A DNA stretch of 61,430 bases, counting the filler. It is 10 parts of 10 records of this genome, joined end to end, with 100 filler letters (N's around TTAATTAATTAA, not from the genome) between each part and the next. Parts side by side here need not be neighbours in the genome. Positions count along the whole stretch, not along the records: positions 28,785 to 36,191 come from SRR7504441_2638; positions 36,292 to 42,894 come from SRR7504441_2642; positions 42,995 to 46,428 come from SRR7504441_2643; 7 more parts are not named here. One strand, given 5' to 3'. Shown one piece after another: positions 34,001 through 46,528 of the stretch; the stretch's first letter is position 1, and every line of letters starts with the position of its first letter. Made by a program: the position numbers and the translations under genes. The notes beneath the pieces were generated by a model. The model ran no database searches. It saw only the letters and a program-made list of their open reading frames with translations, and was not told the origin of the DNA.

Positions 34001-36191
34001 TGACGTCGTGCTTCGCAGTATGCACAGGGATCGTCTGGTCCTCTTGTCGCGTCCTGAGAGCCTCGCTTTGTTGCCTCAGACCTTCAAGCTCGTCACTCAG
34101 ACGCTTCATTTCGTCAAATCTACCGGGCACGCCTGCAGCTACATCTTTGTGGTCGTTCCAGATCTCGCTCGGCTCACAATCATCGGTCTGTGTACAAATG
34201 AAGGCAATCGACCCATACTGTCCATCCATCAGAAGTCGCCGTTTGAAATTTTCTCCCATAAGATCACGAGCTGTACGGTCATCGACCGCCCTCTTGATAG
34301 GAGCTACTATCCAGATGCAACTGCAATTCTTGAGGTAGCCGGCTGCCACGTTGCTCCGAGCGGCATTGGAGTCTCGAACACCTGGGAGGTCGACAAGGCG
34401 AGCTCCGGAGCGGAGTACGGCCCACGGCCCAAAAAGCACAACTTTCCTTATGAGTGGCCACATCTGCCGTCCCTCGCCGTTTCCACTCCGGTAGACATAA
34501 TTATTGATACTGGCACGGAACGCGCGGCCGGATTGCCGAACTTGCTCCTTAAGTTTGCGGCTGGTCGTAGAGCCCTCTGCCAGCATACGTGCATACTTGC
34601 TTCCCAAGCTTACACTGCCTTCATGAACCTGTCGACAGTCACCAGCACACATGGACAGCAATGCACTCACGTGTTTCACCGCGTACTCGTGGCTCGGATC
34701 GGTTGGAGTAAGCATCTTCGTCACTCGCGCATCTTGCATGAAGAAATTGAGTGTGGTGGACTTCGACATCCCTTTCCACCTCTCCAAAGCCCCTTTACCA
34801 TACACCTGCTCTATTTTGGTCCACGCAGCGTGTCTGTCCTAGCATGAGCCGACACACCAGCGTGTGCCAACCTCATTTCGTCGCTCTCATTGGGAGGCCT
34901 TGCATACACTGTCTCTGTCTCTGTACAGATCTCTTCGACAAGAACAGCCAGCTCCGCGTGCCAGTCAGACAGCTTCATGAACTCAACCTCACCCTGGTAG
35001 ATTGGTGCGCTGCAACGGACATAAGTCCAGAACCAAGCAGATCTCTCACCTCTCCTCTGAGCACTCTAGCAGCGCAGAGTTGAATGCGAGCTCGACCACT
35101 GCTGCCGTGCACCTGCACTCTCTCAGTCTACGCTGCATGCGGTCTGGTCCCGACCCTCGTGAGCCGCTTGTGGGCAGAATAGAGGCCTCGCCAAGCACAG
35201 CATTGAGCAGCGAGGATTTGCCAACCTACCAAAACCATCATGTTGCACAGTGTGATGGTGCCATACCCCTGTGCTGCCAAGCACCCCAATCACAGTCCTG
35301 GGAAGAGCTGCTGCCTGGAGCTGCTTTGCCTCTACCACCCATTGAGACCGCCGCTGCTCCGATGCTAGATGCTGCTCTTCTTTCACAATGTCTGACAGCT
35401 TGGCGACCAGTGCCAGGCTCGCTTTTACAGCCTTGTCTGCCGTTGAGCCTGAGCTGTTGTCTTTGTCGGTTCGAGTATTTTGTCGAGCCGCCACGTCCTC
35501 AGCTGGCATCGGTTCCTCAGCCTCCTCCTCCTCAGAGTCTTCAAGTATAGAGTCTGCAGCTCGGGGCTGCAAGGGCTCGGCACCTAGCTCCATATGCGCA
35601 GCAGGAGGCGCATCCTCCTCAGCCGCAGCGACTGGCACCACGGTTTGTTTGGCTGCATCGGTTTCATCAGACTGCTCATCCATAAGCTCCAGCGCTGCAT
35701 CGGTTGGGCCTGCAGCAACATCTGCAGCTTCCGGAAGAGGACCCTCTGGCTCATCCCGCTGATCCGCAGCGGACCTGAGCTCTGCCAGCGGCGGTGTTTG
35801 TTGGCCACTGCTGACTGCCTCAAGCTTGACCACGGCAGTGGCTGGCTTGGGGCGGCCGACAGAGAGCTTCCGATCTGCACTTGTCACATCTGAAGCTATC
35901 TTCTTGGCCTCTTGGACCAGTGACAGCCTGACGCCGTCGATGGCCAAGAAGAAGGTCCCGCCTTCTGGGAGCTGATCTAGGTCGAACTGCGACCCACCAG
36001 CTCATTATAAACCCAACAGGCTACCGCTAATAAACAACATGCAACGCACCTCATTTTCAATCGCTTGCCGCACCGCTGAAAGATTGGCTGTGCAGAGCAC
36101 CTCAACGGCTCCGGTGACGGAGCCATCCTTCCACACCTCAACTGTTACCGTAGCAGCAGCGGCCTCCTCCGCTGCAGCTTTTGCGGCCGCA
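31011..36191 (-). CDS. Dynamin-superfamily GTPase of NUGGC/SLIP-GC type (5' truncated), at least 5 introns
   Basis: Spliced G1 GSTG|VGKSSLLNALL, PTSGSRG|CTA, LVDLPGVRDSNAAR, WIVAPIKRAVDD, FICTQTD, VFCISANDYLK, WSTYNATVRRQG. Confidence 0.85.
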
Positions 36192-36291
36192 NNNNNNNNN
36201 NNNNNNNNNNNNNNNNNNNNNNNNNNNNNNNNNNNTTAATTAATTAANNNNNNNNNNNNNNNNNNNNNNNNNNNNNNNNNNNNNNNNNNNN

Positions 36292-39200
36292 GATGAGAAT
36301 CAGGAGCTGGAGGGGAAGATCCAAGGGCTGCAGAGCGAGCTCAAGGCGCTGCAGGAGCAGATGGATGCAGACGCCGAGCAGGGCAAGGCTAGGAGTGCCC
36401 AGGAGATGAAGACGCTGGAGGCCAAGCTGGCGGAGAAGACGAAGCAACTCAAGCAAGCAACGCAAAAGCTTGAGGAGAACGACAAGGCCCTGAAGGAAGT
36501 GACAGGGATGTGCGATATGATGCAGCGGCAGATCCAGGAGCTGCGGGACGAGCTGCTGGCTGAGAAGAAGGAACACATGGCCACGCAGGACGAACTCAAG
36601 AGGGCGGGGCTCAACCTGGAGCAGAGAGACCTGCAAGCAGGCAACGACCACGAGACACTGAGTGGCAAGAACACTGTGCTGGCGCAGCAGCTGGCAGACG
36701 CCAACGAGGAGCTCAGGACGCTGGCAGCAAAGCTGGAGCATCAGACAGGACAGACCAAGGAGGCCAAGGCTGAGCTTAGCCAGGCCCAGCAGGAGCTGAG
36801 TAAAGCGCTCCAGCAGAACAAGGAGGCGCAGGAGGCTCTGGACGAGCTGAACAACCGCAAGTTCCAGTGGTCAGAGTGGAATGATCAGCTCACCGCCAAG
36901 GTGTCCCAACTGGAGAAAGAACTGGGCGCAGAGAAGGCCAAGGTGGCGGCGCTCGAGAGCAGCCTTGAAACTGCCAATGCGGCCTTATCGAGCAACGAGG
37001 CCGAGGCTGAGGCGCGCAGAAAGGCCCAGGCGCTGCTGCAAGAGCTCGAAGAGAAGGTTGTAGCCGCCACCCAGGCAGCCGATGCTGCCCAGGCCCAGGT
37101 GGAGGGCTTGCAGCGAGAGCTCGAGCTGAGCCAGCTGAGGGCGACCAGTGCTGAACAGGAGTTGAAGCAGTGTCAGCAGGATCTGGAAGCAGCCCAGGCG
37201 GACCTGCACAAGACCAAGCAGGAGCAGCTTAAGCGAGAGAAGGCAAGGACTATCCAGGAGCGATTTGACAGCGCTCTCAAGTCCAAGAGGAGGCAGGACC
37301 TGGAGCAATTGCAGAATGATATCTCGGCTCTGCATGATGAGAAGGCTCAGCAGCTGGAGAGGATGCAGCAGATGCTCAAGCAGGAGAAGGAGACTGTGAT
37401 CCACCTGAGCTCGATGCGCAAATGGGACTTGATGCAGGCCAAAAGCAAGGCCGAGTCCGTCCAAGAAGACCTCAGGAATCGGCTCAGAGCTGCCGAGGAG
37501 CTGGCAGCCTCGCGCAATGCAATGCTGGAGCAGCTGCAGAAGGAGTCGAGTCTGAGTTCGGAAGAGCGCAAGCTGGAGTTTGAGTCGCAGATTGCATTGC
37601 TCGAGCAGAAGCTTAAGGCGCTGGAGGAGAAGAACCGCCAACTGACAGAGACAAACTCCAACCTGGACGAGACTGTGGCCAAGCAGCAGAGTCTCCTTGA
37701 GGAGGCCCAGAGCTTTGGCAAGGAGAATGAGTCGGAGGTGCAACGTCTTCAAGGCGAACTGGAGGCATCGCAGTCAGCAGAGCAGCAACTGCGCACAAAG
37801 CTCAGGGACCTCAACAACGAATTGTCGCGACTGGGTGCCACAAGCGAGCAAATGAAGCACCAATTGAGTGCTAAGGCCAGCGAGCTGGAGAAACTGCAGA
37901 CTAGGCTGGTTGCAGCCGAGGATGAATCGACTCAGCTGAAGGAGAAGCTTGATCACCTGCGCCAAACCCACGAAGAGGATATTACCAACTTAAAAGAGAA
38001 GGTCGAGCGGAGGAACAAGAAGCTGGATGAGGCCAAGCAGCAACTTGCTGCGCTGCAAGCCGAGCTTGAGGCCAGCCGTAGGGCGGTTTCAGAGCTGCAG
38101 GCTGAGATCGTAAACAATGAGGAGTCATATGATGTTGAAGGGCGCCGAGCATCTGCTAACCTTGAGGCTGCAAACAAGCGGGCAGAGGAGCTTTGGGCTC
38201 AGCTGGCAACTATGCACCAGCTGGAGGAGCAGCTAGCCACCAAAACTCGGCAGTTGGAAGAGGCTGGCGATGAGATAGATTCACTAAAGAGAGCCAATGC
38301 GCATTTGAGCGAGAAGATGGATCAGTTGCAAACCCAAGTGCATACTCTCGAGGCGGAGAAGAGGAATCTGCACATGTGCGGTAGTACAAAAGATGAGCTG
38401 ATCCGATCTCTACAAAATGAGCTTGAAGAGATGCGAACCGAAGAGGTGAGGCTAAGATCCGCACTCTTAGAAGCTGAAGGCAACCTAGCCAGGGAGCAGC
38501 AGGACAAGCAAAATGGCACAAAGGAATCTGCACAGCTGCGTGCGCAGTTGGCATCGCTGACAGAGCGATACAACAGCCTCCAGGCACAGTATGATGAAGC
38601 ACTGACGGAGGTCCAGAATTATGTGGCTTTGCTAGAAGGCGCCAACTCTCAGTTGGCAGAAGCTATGAAGTCTAGCGATGCAGAGGCAGCGCGTACAGCA
38701 GAGCTCGAAAGATCACTGGCAAAGGCCATGAATGAAATGAGCACTCTTCAGGAGCAACATCTGAGTACGAGCCAGGACCTTGCAAAGGCCAAAGAAGCGC
38801 TTGCTTCCTCGGAGCAGCAGATCGAGACTTTGAAGAACAAGATCAAATCAATCGTTTCTGAGATGAGCCGCCTCTCACAGGAGAATCTAGCGAACAATGA
38901 GCAACTAAGCCAGAAACTCCAAGCGGCCCAAAAAGATATAAATAACCTCCGGAAAGAGCTTAGTGAGCGCGATACTGAGGTGGATCAACTGAAGCACATG
39001 CTAGATGCATCTGAATTAACTAAGCAGCACAACGAGAGGCTACAAAAGGCGCTTGACGATACAGAGAAGCAGCTGCTTGAGCAACTAGACGAAGCCCTGA
39101 AATCGGAGCAAGAATGGGAAGCGCAACGGTCAGCATTCGAAGAAGAGATCAAACAACTGGAGGCCAAGCTTTTTGAGCAAGGGTTGAGCCATTCTGCGTC

Positions 39201-42200
39201 ATATGAAGCGATGGAGCAAGAACTGCGAGAGAAATACGAGAAGCTGAAGAAGGAACGCAAAGAGCTCGAACTGAGCATGGCAGAAGAAAGGCAAAATTTG
39301 ACTCAGGTGATCAACAATGCTCGCAGCCAAACAGCTGAGCTGAAACTGAAGATTGCTGCACTCGAAGAGGAGTTACAACAGGCTCGAGAGCAGGAGAGCT
39401 TGTGTGCTCAGCGCACTCTTGAGCTTGACCAAGCCATAGCCTTGCAGCGACAACTACAGGCCCAGCTTGACGCGGGGTCGGATAGAAGTAAGCAACTAGA
39501 GGAGAACCTGAAATCTACACAGGAGCAGCGGGATTCTGCGAGATCAGATCTGGAGACAGCGCGGCTGGACATAATTGCTGCCCAAAATGAGACCAGTGAT
39601 GCTGTGCAGACCCTGTCAAAGGTGAAGGAAGAGCTGGCAGCCCTGCGTGTGAAGCATCGATTCACTCTACTCAACATTGAAAGTCTCAGGGATAAGCAGC
39701 AGAGAGAGCAGGCAAGGTCTCAGGGCCAGGTGGATCAGCTCGAGTCGACCATACAATCCCTGCGTGAGCAGCTCGAGCAACAGAAGAAGCTGTTTACTGC
39801 TCAAAAGTGGCAGCACAATGTAGAGCACAGACAGCTCGTGGACATTCGGGCTCGCCTCAAGGCTGCACGGGAGACTGAGGTCGACCTCCAGTCGCAGATC
39901 CGCAATTTGCACGATGAGCTTGATAAAGCAAATGGGAATATAAGCGCACTGACCCTGGGAAAGGAGAGTTTGACACAGCGGTGCCAGCAGCTAATTGACG
40001 AATTGCATGCAATTGAGTTGAAGCACTCAGAGACACTGCTGCAGTTGCAAGAAGCAGAAGCAGCCGCCAAGAAGAGCAAGGTCGCTCTGATGATGACCCG
40101 CGGGGGTGCCCAAGGCCATTTGGAGACTGCGAGACAGCATGAGAAGCAGGTTGGGGTGCAAGCCACGTTGATTTCACAGCTGCAGGCCGAGCTGGCAGCT
40201 GCCAATCTTGCCAGTGGCGATGCAACTGAACAGCTGCAACAGCTTCAGCAGTTGTGTGACTCGCGAAGCAAGGCTTTGCTCGAGATGCAGGAGAAACTCC
40301 ACGACTCCAATGCTGCTCTCGAGGACGAGACAAAGCGGTCAGAGGAACTGAGAGCGGCTTTGACTGACGCCGAAGCTGAAGCTTTGGCTGCTAAGAAGAG
40401 GCTGCAGGAATCTGATGTAGAGATGAAGGCACTGCAGCGCTCGCTCGATGCTGAAAAGGCGCAGCTAGTCCTGATGAGGCAGGATGCTGAGAGGGCAGAA
40501 TTGCTACTTGCAAAGGCTGCTGAGACAGCTGCATCAGTAGAGGAAGGATTGCGGAATGAGTTGGCAAACAGCAAATCCCTCTACAACGCCCTCGAAGAGA
40601 GAATGGCGGATGTCCAGAAGCAGCTGGATGGTGAGAGATCTAAGAATCTGCTATTACAGGGAAGCTTAAGGAGCGTACAGGACATGGTTGGCGCAGCCCG
40701 TAAGAAAGAGAAGCAGCTGCTCGATGATTACTTGAGGATGCAAGATCAGACTGAACAGTCAGAAGGTGGGGCAGAAAAGTGGTCTCGGGAGGCGGCTACC
40801 AAAGAGCAGCACATTGCATCTCTCACAGCTCAATTGGAGATCGCAAACGCAAAGCTGGACGCCTTGAAAGTCGATCACGACGAGCTGGTAACTGCCTGCA
40901 GCTGCCTAATGGGTTGTCTGATGTGCTTTGCCTATTGACCGGTCCTCTTATCGCTGTGTGTTGTAGGATAAACGGCACGCAGCGACAGCGCAGCAGCTTC
41001 TGGATACCAAGCAACAGGCTGTGAAGAATGAGCAAGAGCGAGGGCAGATGCATACCCGATCCGTGGCTGCAGAGGGACAGCTGGCTTGTGCGAACACAAG
41101 GATCGAAGAGCTGGGGCAAGAAATCGATCGGCTGCAGAGCAAGATTTCTGGGCTGGAAGATATCAGCATGTCAGCAGTCGACGGGGAGCAAGGCCTGGAG
41201 AAGCAGAGCTTGTCCCAGAGACTCAAGGCTCAAGCTGCCGAGGCTGAATTGAGACATCTCAAGCAGGCGATGGCAGCCAAAACATCGGAACTAGAAAAGA
41301 TTAGGGGAGTGCTTGTGGATGTGCAAGCTCAGTTCTCAAGTTTGGATCTGATCCGCCAAACAGCAGAGGCACGGGTCCAGGAGCTCGAAGTGATTGTATC
41401 AAAGCTGGAGGACGAGGTATCGACGCTCCAGATTGAGCGAAGTGAAACCACCAGCGCTAACCTCGCGCTTGGGGCAGAGTTCAGGGCTCAGAAGCTTAAG
41501 TTGGAGCAGCAGCTTGCAGAGGCTGAACAGAAGATCAAGATGCAGAACGCAACAATAGAGTGGATGCGCGAGTCTTTGCAGTGTGCAGAGGAGGAGGTAG
41601 CGGCAGCGAATCGCCAGGGACAGGATGAGTTGGCCAGTCTTCGTTTGCAGCTGGCCGAGCTGGAAAGCCTAAACCAGCAGCAAAGGCAGCAGCTGCAACA
41701 AAAGCAAAAGGAGCTAGTTGAGGCGGAGTGCGCACTCGATGATTTGAAGTCCAAGATGCGGAGACAGCTTGAGCTTGAGCGGGACGAGAGGGAGATGCTG
41801 CAGCGCCTGTTGGATGCAGAGTACACGGGCAAGCTGGCAGTTAGCCATGCGCAGATGCTCAAAGATAGCGAGATTAGGAAACTCAAGGATGCAGAGGCAG
41901 TCCTTTTGCAGAAAGTGCACGACCTTCAAACAGAGTTGGACAAGCTATTGATGCTGAGTGAAGCTCAGCATACTAGAGCAATGAAGCAGCTCGAGGACCT
42001 TGCCGAGCAGCTCAGGCAAGAAAGGAGCAGCCCTGCCAAGTCACGCAGTCCTGATACGTCGCACAGCCCTCAAGCCTTTGTTGACCAGAGTGAAATGGTA
42101 GAGCAGCTGATGACATTGAAGCTGGAGTTGGAGAGGCAGCTGAAGCAGGTCGAGGCTGAGCATGCTGGTGTGGTGGCCCAGAAGGACAAGCAGCTGGCGG

Positions 42201-42841
42201 AGCTGACACAGGCGCTGGACAGGCAGACTGCGCAGCTGCATCGACTGGAGGAGGCAAAGCCCAAGGAGAGCAAAAGCATAGCCCAGGACACGGAGGTGCT
42301 GGAGGAAGAATCCATCCCACATTTGCTCGACTCTCACTCTCACTGGCTAGCGACAATGTCCAAGCGGCACAACAAACTCATCTCGGATGGGAATTTCTGG
42401 CGGTTAGCAGGTGCTCATTCTTGTGCCTTGAATCTGAGCTGCTGCATGTCAGATAACGAGCCTGGCAATTCATGGGCAGCCTGGCAGTACCACCTTGGGC
42501 CAGAAGATGCCGGAGTGGCCTATTTCCACAGACGAGAGTCCAACTCTGTGCGCACGATCAGCTTGAGCTTACGTCGGATCAACCCGGAGCTAATATACTT
42601 AGTGGAGATCTTCAGGTGGCCATTGCGATGCGCTCCAGACTGATCTGTGGCCAGGGCAACGGACCTGCTGTGCTCAGAGCAGATGCCAGGGTCGAAATTG
42701 ATGGAGCTTACAGTGACCATCCCTGAGGTGCCTGGGACTCTGTTGGTCCAATATAGCCAGCTCACGACCTCACCTAAGAGGAAATCTTCACCACAAAGCG
42801 TGTCCAAATCCATTCTCACGCGAACACCAATCTCAAGTTGA
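36292..42841 (+). CDS. Giant coiled-coil protein (over 2000 aa, 5' truncated) ending in a GH36 C-terminal-like beta-sandwich; 3 introns
   Basis: Continuous E/Q/K/L heptads. Introns near 40888-40966, at 42411-42452 and at 42616-42654 join the ORFs. C-terminal GNFWRL...WAAWQYH...LRRINPELIYLV...PGSKLMEL. Confidence 0.8.
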
Positions 42842-43528
42842 CCGTCCTTACGATAGATAAGGTTTAAAACACTAGTGGAAAAGTACTTAGGCAGNNNNNN
42901 NNNNNNNNNNNNNNNNNNNNNNNNNNNNNNNNNNNNNNTTAATTAATTAANNNNNNNNNNNNNNNNNNNNNNNNNNNNNNNNNNNNNNNNNNNNGCCGGC
43001 GCTGATCAGCAGCGGCCCGGCGGTCTTCAAGGAGGAGCATGCAGGAGGTGCAAGAAGCAAGGGAGGCGCCCTGAACTCTTGCCTGTTTCGATTTTTAAGG
43101 AAGTGAGGTCATTGGTCTAAGGGGACATCACTATCACGTACCGATGGTAGGGCTCTACGTTTACTCAGCCCCAGTGGGTGCTGAGATTGTACATTAGCAA
43201 TGCTGCATTAATCATGCAAGCAGAGAGAAGTCCAAACAATAGTCGATACTTAAACAATTAATTGATTGTACTAGTTAAGTACCTACATGTAGGTAGTGAG
43301 TGCTCAAAAGTTTGAATGCGTGCTTTGAAATTAGGACCAAAAGAACCCTTAGGTCAATCTCTAATGCGTGATTTTCCCTGAAGTCGTTGTCGCCACTTGG
43401 ATTTCCATGTGGGGTGAACATTCTTGATAGATGTCCACGTGGTGTGGTGTATTTATGTAGTATATATGGTGTGTACTTGCTGCTATGTGTGATCTTACAG
43501 CGCCGATGATCACTCCGTGCCTATGCGC

Positions 43529-46428
43529 CTAAAAGGACGGCCTGGTGTGAGAGACCTCGTGTCTGATCACGTTCATATCTAACTCCACATGCTCATGACC
43601 AAGCTCAAATCCAGGGCTGGCTTTCGGAAGTCGCTTATATGCGGGGCCGCTGGAAGGTATCCTACGGCAGCACTTGTGCGCGTACCATCGGCAGGTGTCT
43701 GCCCATGTTTGGGAACTCATATCGGAGGACTTGACTGTCGGTGGTTTGAAACCAAAGATAGAGAGCGAAGAAAGAACCACACAGACGGATGAGAGTCCCA
43801 TAGCCAACCCCGCAACGGACGGCGGGAGGTGCCAGTGAAAACTGGGATAGAAAAGTCCCGCAGCCAACGGAATGCAGAGAACATTGTACCCCATAGCCCA
43901 GACAAAATTGAACCGGATCTTGCGGAACGCGAACGCAGCCAAAGCAAACATCAGCACAAGGTCATTCAGGGAACTATGAACCAACACGACATCTGCAGCC
44001 TCGATGGCAATGTCCATTCCCGCCCCTATCGCCACCCCGAGGTCAGATTCTACCAGTGCCAACGAGTCGTTCACTCCGTCGCCAACAAATGCAACTGTGC
44101 AACCCTTCTGCTGAAGGTCGCGGACCAGCTCGGCCTTGTGCAAAGGCAGCAGCTGCGAGTGTACATTTGTTGGCTCAATTCCGACCCTCTGGGCAATCGC
44201 TCTTGCTGCTGGGTGTGAGTCACCTGTTGCCATGTGCACCGCAATGCCTCGAGCGCGCAGAGAAGACAGCACATCAAAAGCCTCTTCTCGCACCGAATCT
44301 GACAGTGCAACGACTGCCACTACCCGCCGCTCGACTGCTAGAATCAGAATCGATTGTTGCTCCTGCTGAAGCCTCTCCACGATCCGGCTGATGTGATTAG
44401 GGATTTGCACCGCGGCCTCCTCCATCAGTTGCTTATTGCCCACCAGTACTGCTAGCCCGTCCACATCGCACCCCATCCCACGGCCACCATACGCCTTCAC
44501 CTGGCTGGCTGGACCCGAGAACTTCCTAGCCACTGACCCGAGCTCCAAGGAGGCGTGCAACACCACTGCTTTGGCAATCGGGTGAGGACTCTCACGCTCC
44601 GCCACCTCCAGAATGGACAGAACAGCAGATGTTGGCCAATCGGGGTCAGTGGCATGCACCGTGCTGACAGAGAGGTTGCCCAGTGTGATGGTGCCAGTCT
44701 TATCCAACACTATGGCATCAACATGTGAGGCGCATTCGAGAGGCGCACCACCCTTGAGAAGTACGCCGTGTTGTCCACCCACTCCCGTTGCAACCATTAC
44801 TGCTGTAGGAGTCGCTAGCCCGAGCGCACAAGGGCATGCCACTACCACCACCGCAATGCCAAACATAAGTGAGAATGATATTGGCTCAGTTCCTGGTAGC
44901 AGCCACTCTTTGGGCATAATTGTATACGAGACAACAAGCCATACTGTGGTGGTGAGCAGTCCTAGGAAGATCACAATTGGGACAAAAACAGCCGCAATTT
45001 TGTTGGCATAGTCCTGTATTGGTGCCTTGGACGCCTGAGCTTTCTCGATTTCGGCCACCATTTGCTGAATCATCGAATCTCCCCCGACTTGCGAGGTTGA
45101 GACCACAATTGACCCATCAAGGCAGACAGTAGCCCCAATCACAGAGTCGCCAGGCTTCTTGTCAACTGGCCTCGCTTCGCCTGTAATCATTGCCTCGTCT
45201 ACTGCAGCATCCCCACGCACGACAATTCCATCCACAGGAACCTTTGCTCCGCCAAGCACCTTCACGTGATCACCCACTCGGATCAACCGCACATCCATGT
45301 CTTTCAGCTGGCCCTCGTCATTGTCCACACACAGCGTGGCGATTGCAGGCTGTAGAGAGACTAAGTGCGAGATTGCGTCATGTGTGCGCTGCCTGGCTGC
45401 ATGCTCAAGTACTCGACCGAGCAGTACAAACGTGATGAGCATTGCACAAGTCTCGAAGAAGGTGTGACCAGTGAAATCTGGACTGAGCAATGCAAGACTC
45501 ATCGAGATGAGCGAATAAATGTATGCAGCAGAGGTGCCTAGAGCAATCAGAACGTCCATTGTTGTGTGTCCGTTGGAAAGCGAGCTGAAACACTTGCTGT
45601 AGAATACAGAGCCCACATAGAACTGGACTGGAGTGACTAAGACAAACAGGAGAAGAACCTGCAGTGTAAGGCCTGATACAACCTTAGTGGCTAGTTTGTC
45701 ACAGAACGGTCCATTAAAATGTGGAATAATCGAGTGAAGCAGCACCACAGGGATGGTGAACACCAGGCTGATCTTGAACAAACGGTGCAGCTGCGCCCCC
45801 CGCTCCTGTTGACCGGTTGGCACTGCTGAGAGTCGGCTAGCTGGTAATATCTCAAAGTTGAATCCTGAGCTCTCGATCTGATCCAGCAACTCCCTCGCAT
45901 GAGCCTGGGTGCTCATGCTGACAGTGAGCACTCGGGTCTCAGGTTCGATGTCAACAGCATACACCTCAGATTTGCCCATGGCGGTGTCCCAAAGCCACTG
46001 CATATCCTCTGTATTGAGAGTCTCAAACTCGAGCTGCAGCTTGAGCATCTGGGCTTCCTCCTTGGTAAGCTCTGCCCCAAAACCAATGCTGGTGATCTCC
46101 TTCACGAGGTCCTCTTCAGTGACAGCTTCGGGGTCGAATATGACGAGTGCCCGCTCAGCAATCAGATTGACGTTGGCAGATATGACAAATGGTCGTGAGA
46201 TCAGGTGCCTCTCGATCGTGGCCGAGCAGGAGCCGCAGCTCATGCCACTCACGCTAAGCGTCACACGGTTGCCCTTTGTCACGGGGCCCTGGGCCTGTAA
46301 ATCCAGCACCTGAGGAGCAGTGTCCACAAGTGCGGAGGCGCATTCAGGAGATGGGGGACCTCGAACCTCAAACTCTGCAGGCAAACCGCGAGATTGTGCC
46401 GAATGATGCACCGACTCGTCCAGCAGGC
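43529..46428 (-). CDS. Copper-transporting P1B-1 ATPase (ATP7/CCC2/HMA5-like), probably 5' truncated
   Basis: GMSCGSC metal-binding domain, TGE, CPC, DKTGT, HP, GDGVND, YN and MxxSS transmembrane motifs. Confidence 0.95.
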
Positions 46429-46528
46429 NNNNNNNNNNNNNNNNNNNNNNNNNNNNNNNNNNNNNNNNNNNNTTAATTAATTAANNNNNNNNNNNNNNNN
46501 NNNNNNNNNNNNNNNNNNNNNNNNNNNN

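Noticed and set aside
42995-43090. Possible 3' end of a CDS at the contig start
   Set aside because: Too short, and no frame or family could be assigned.
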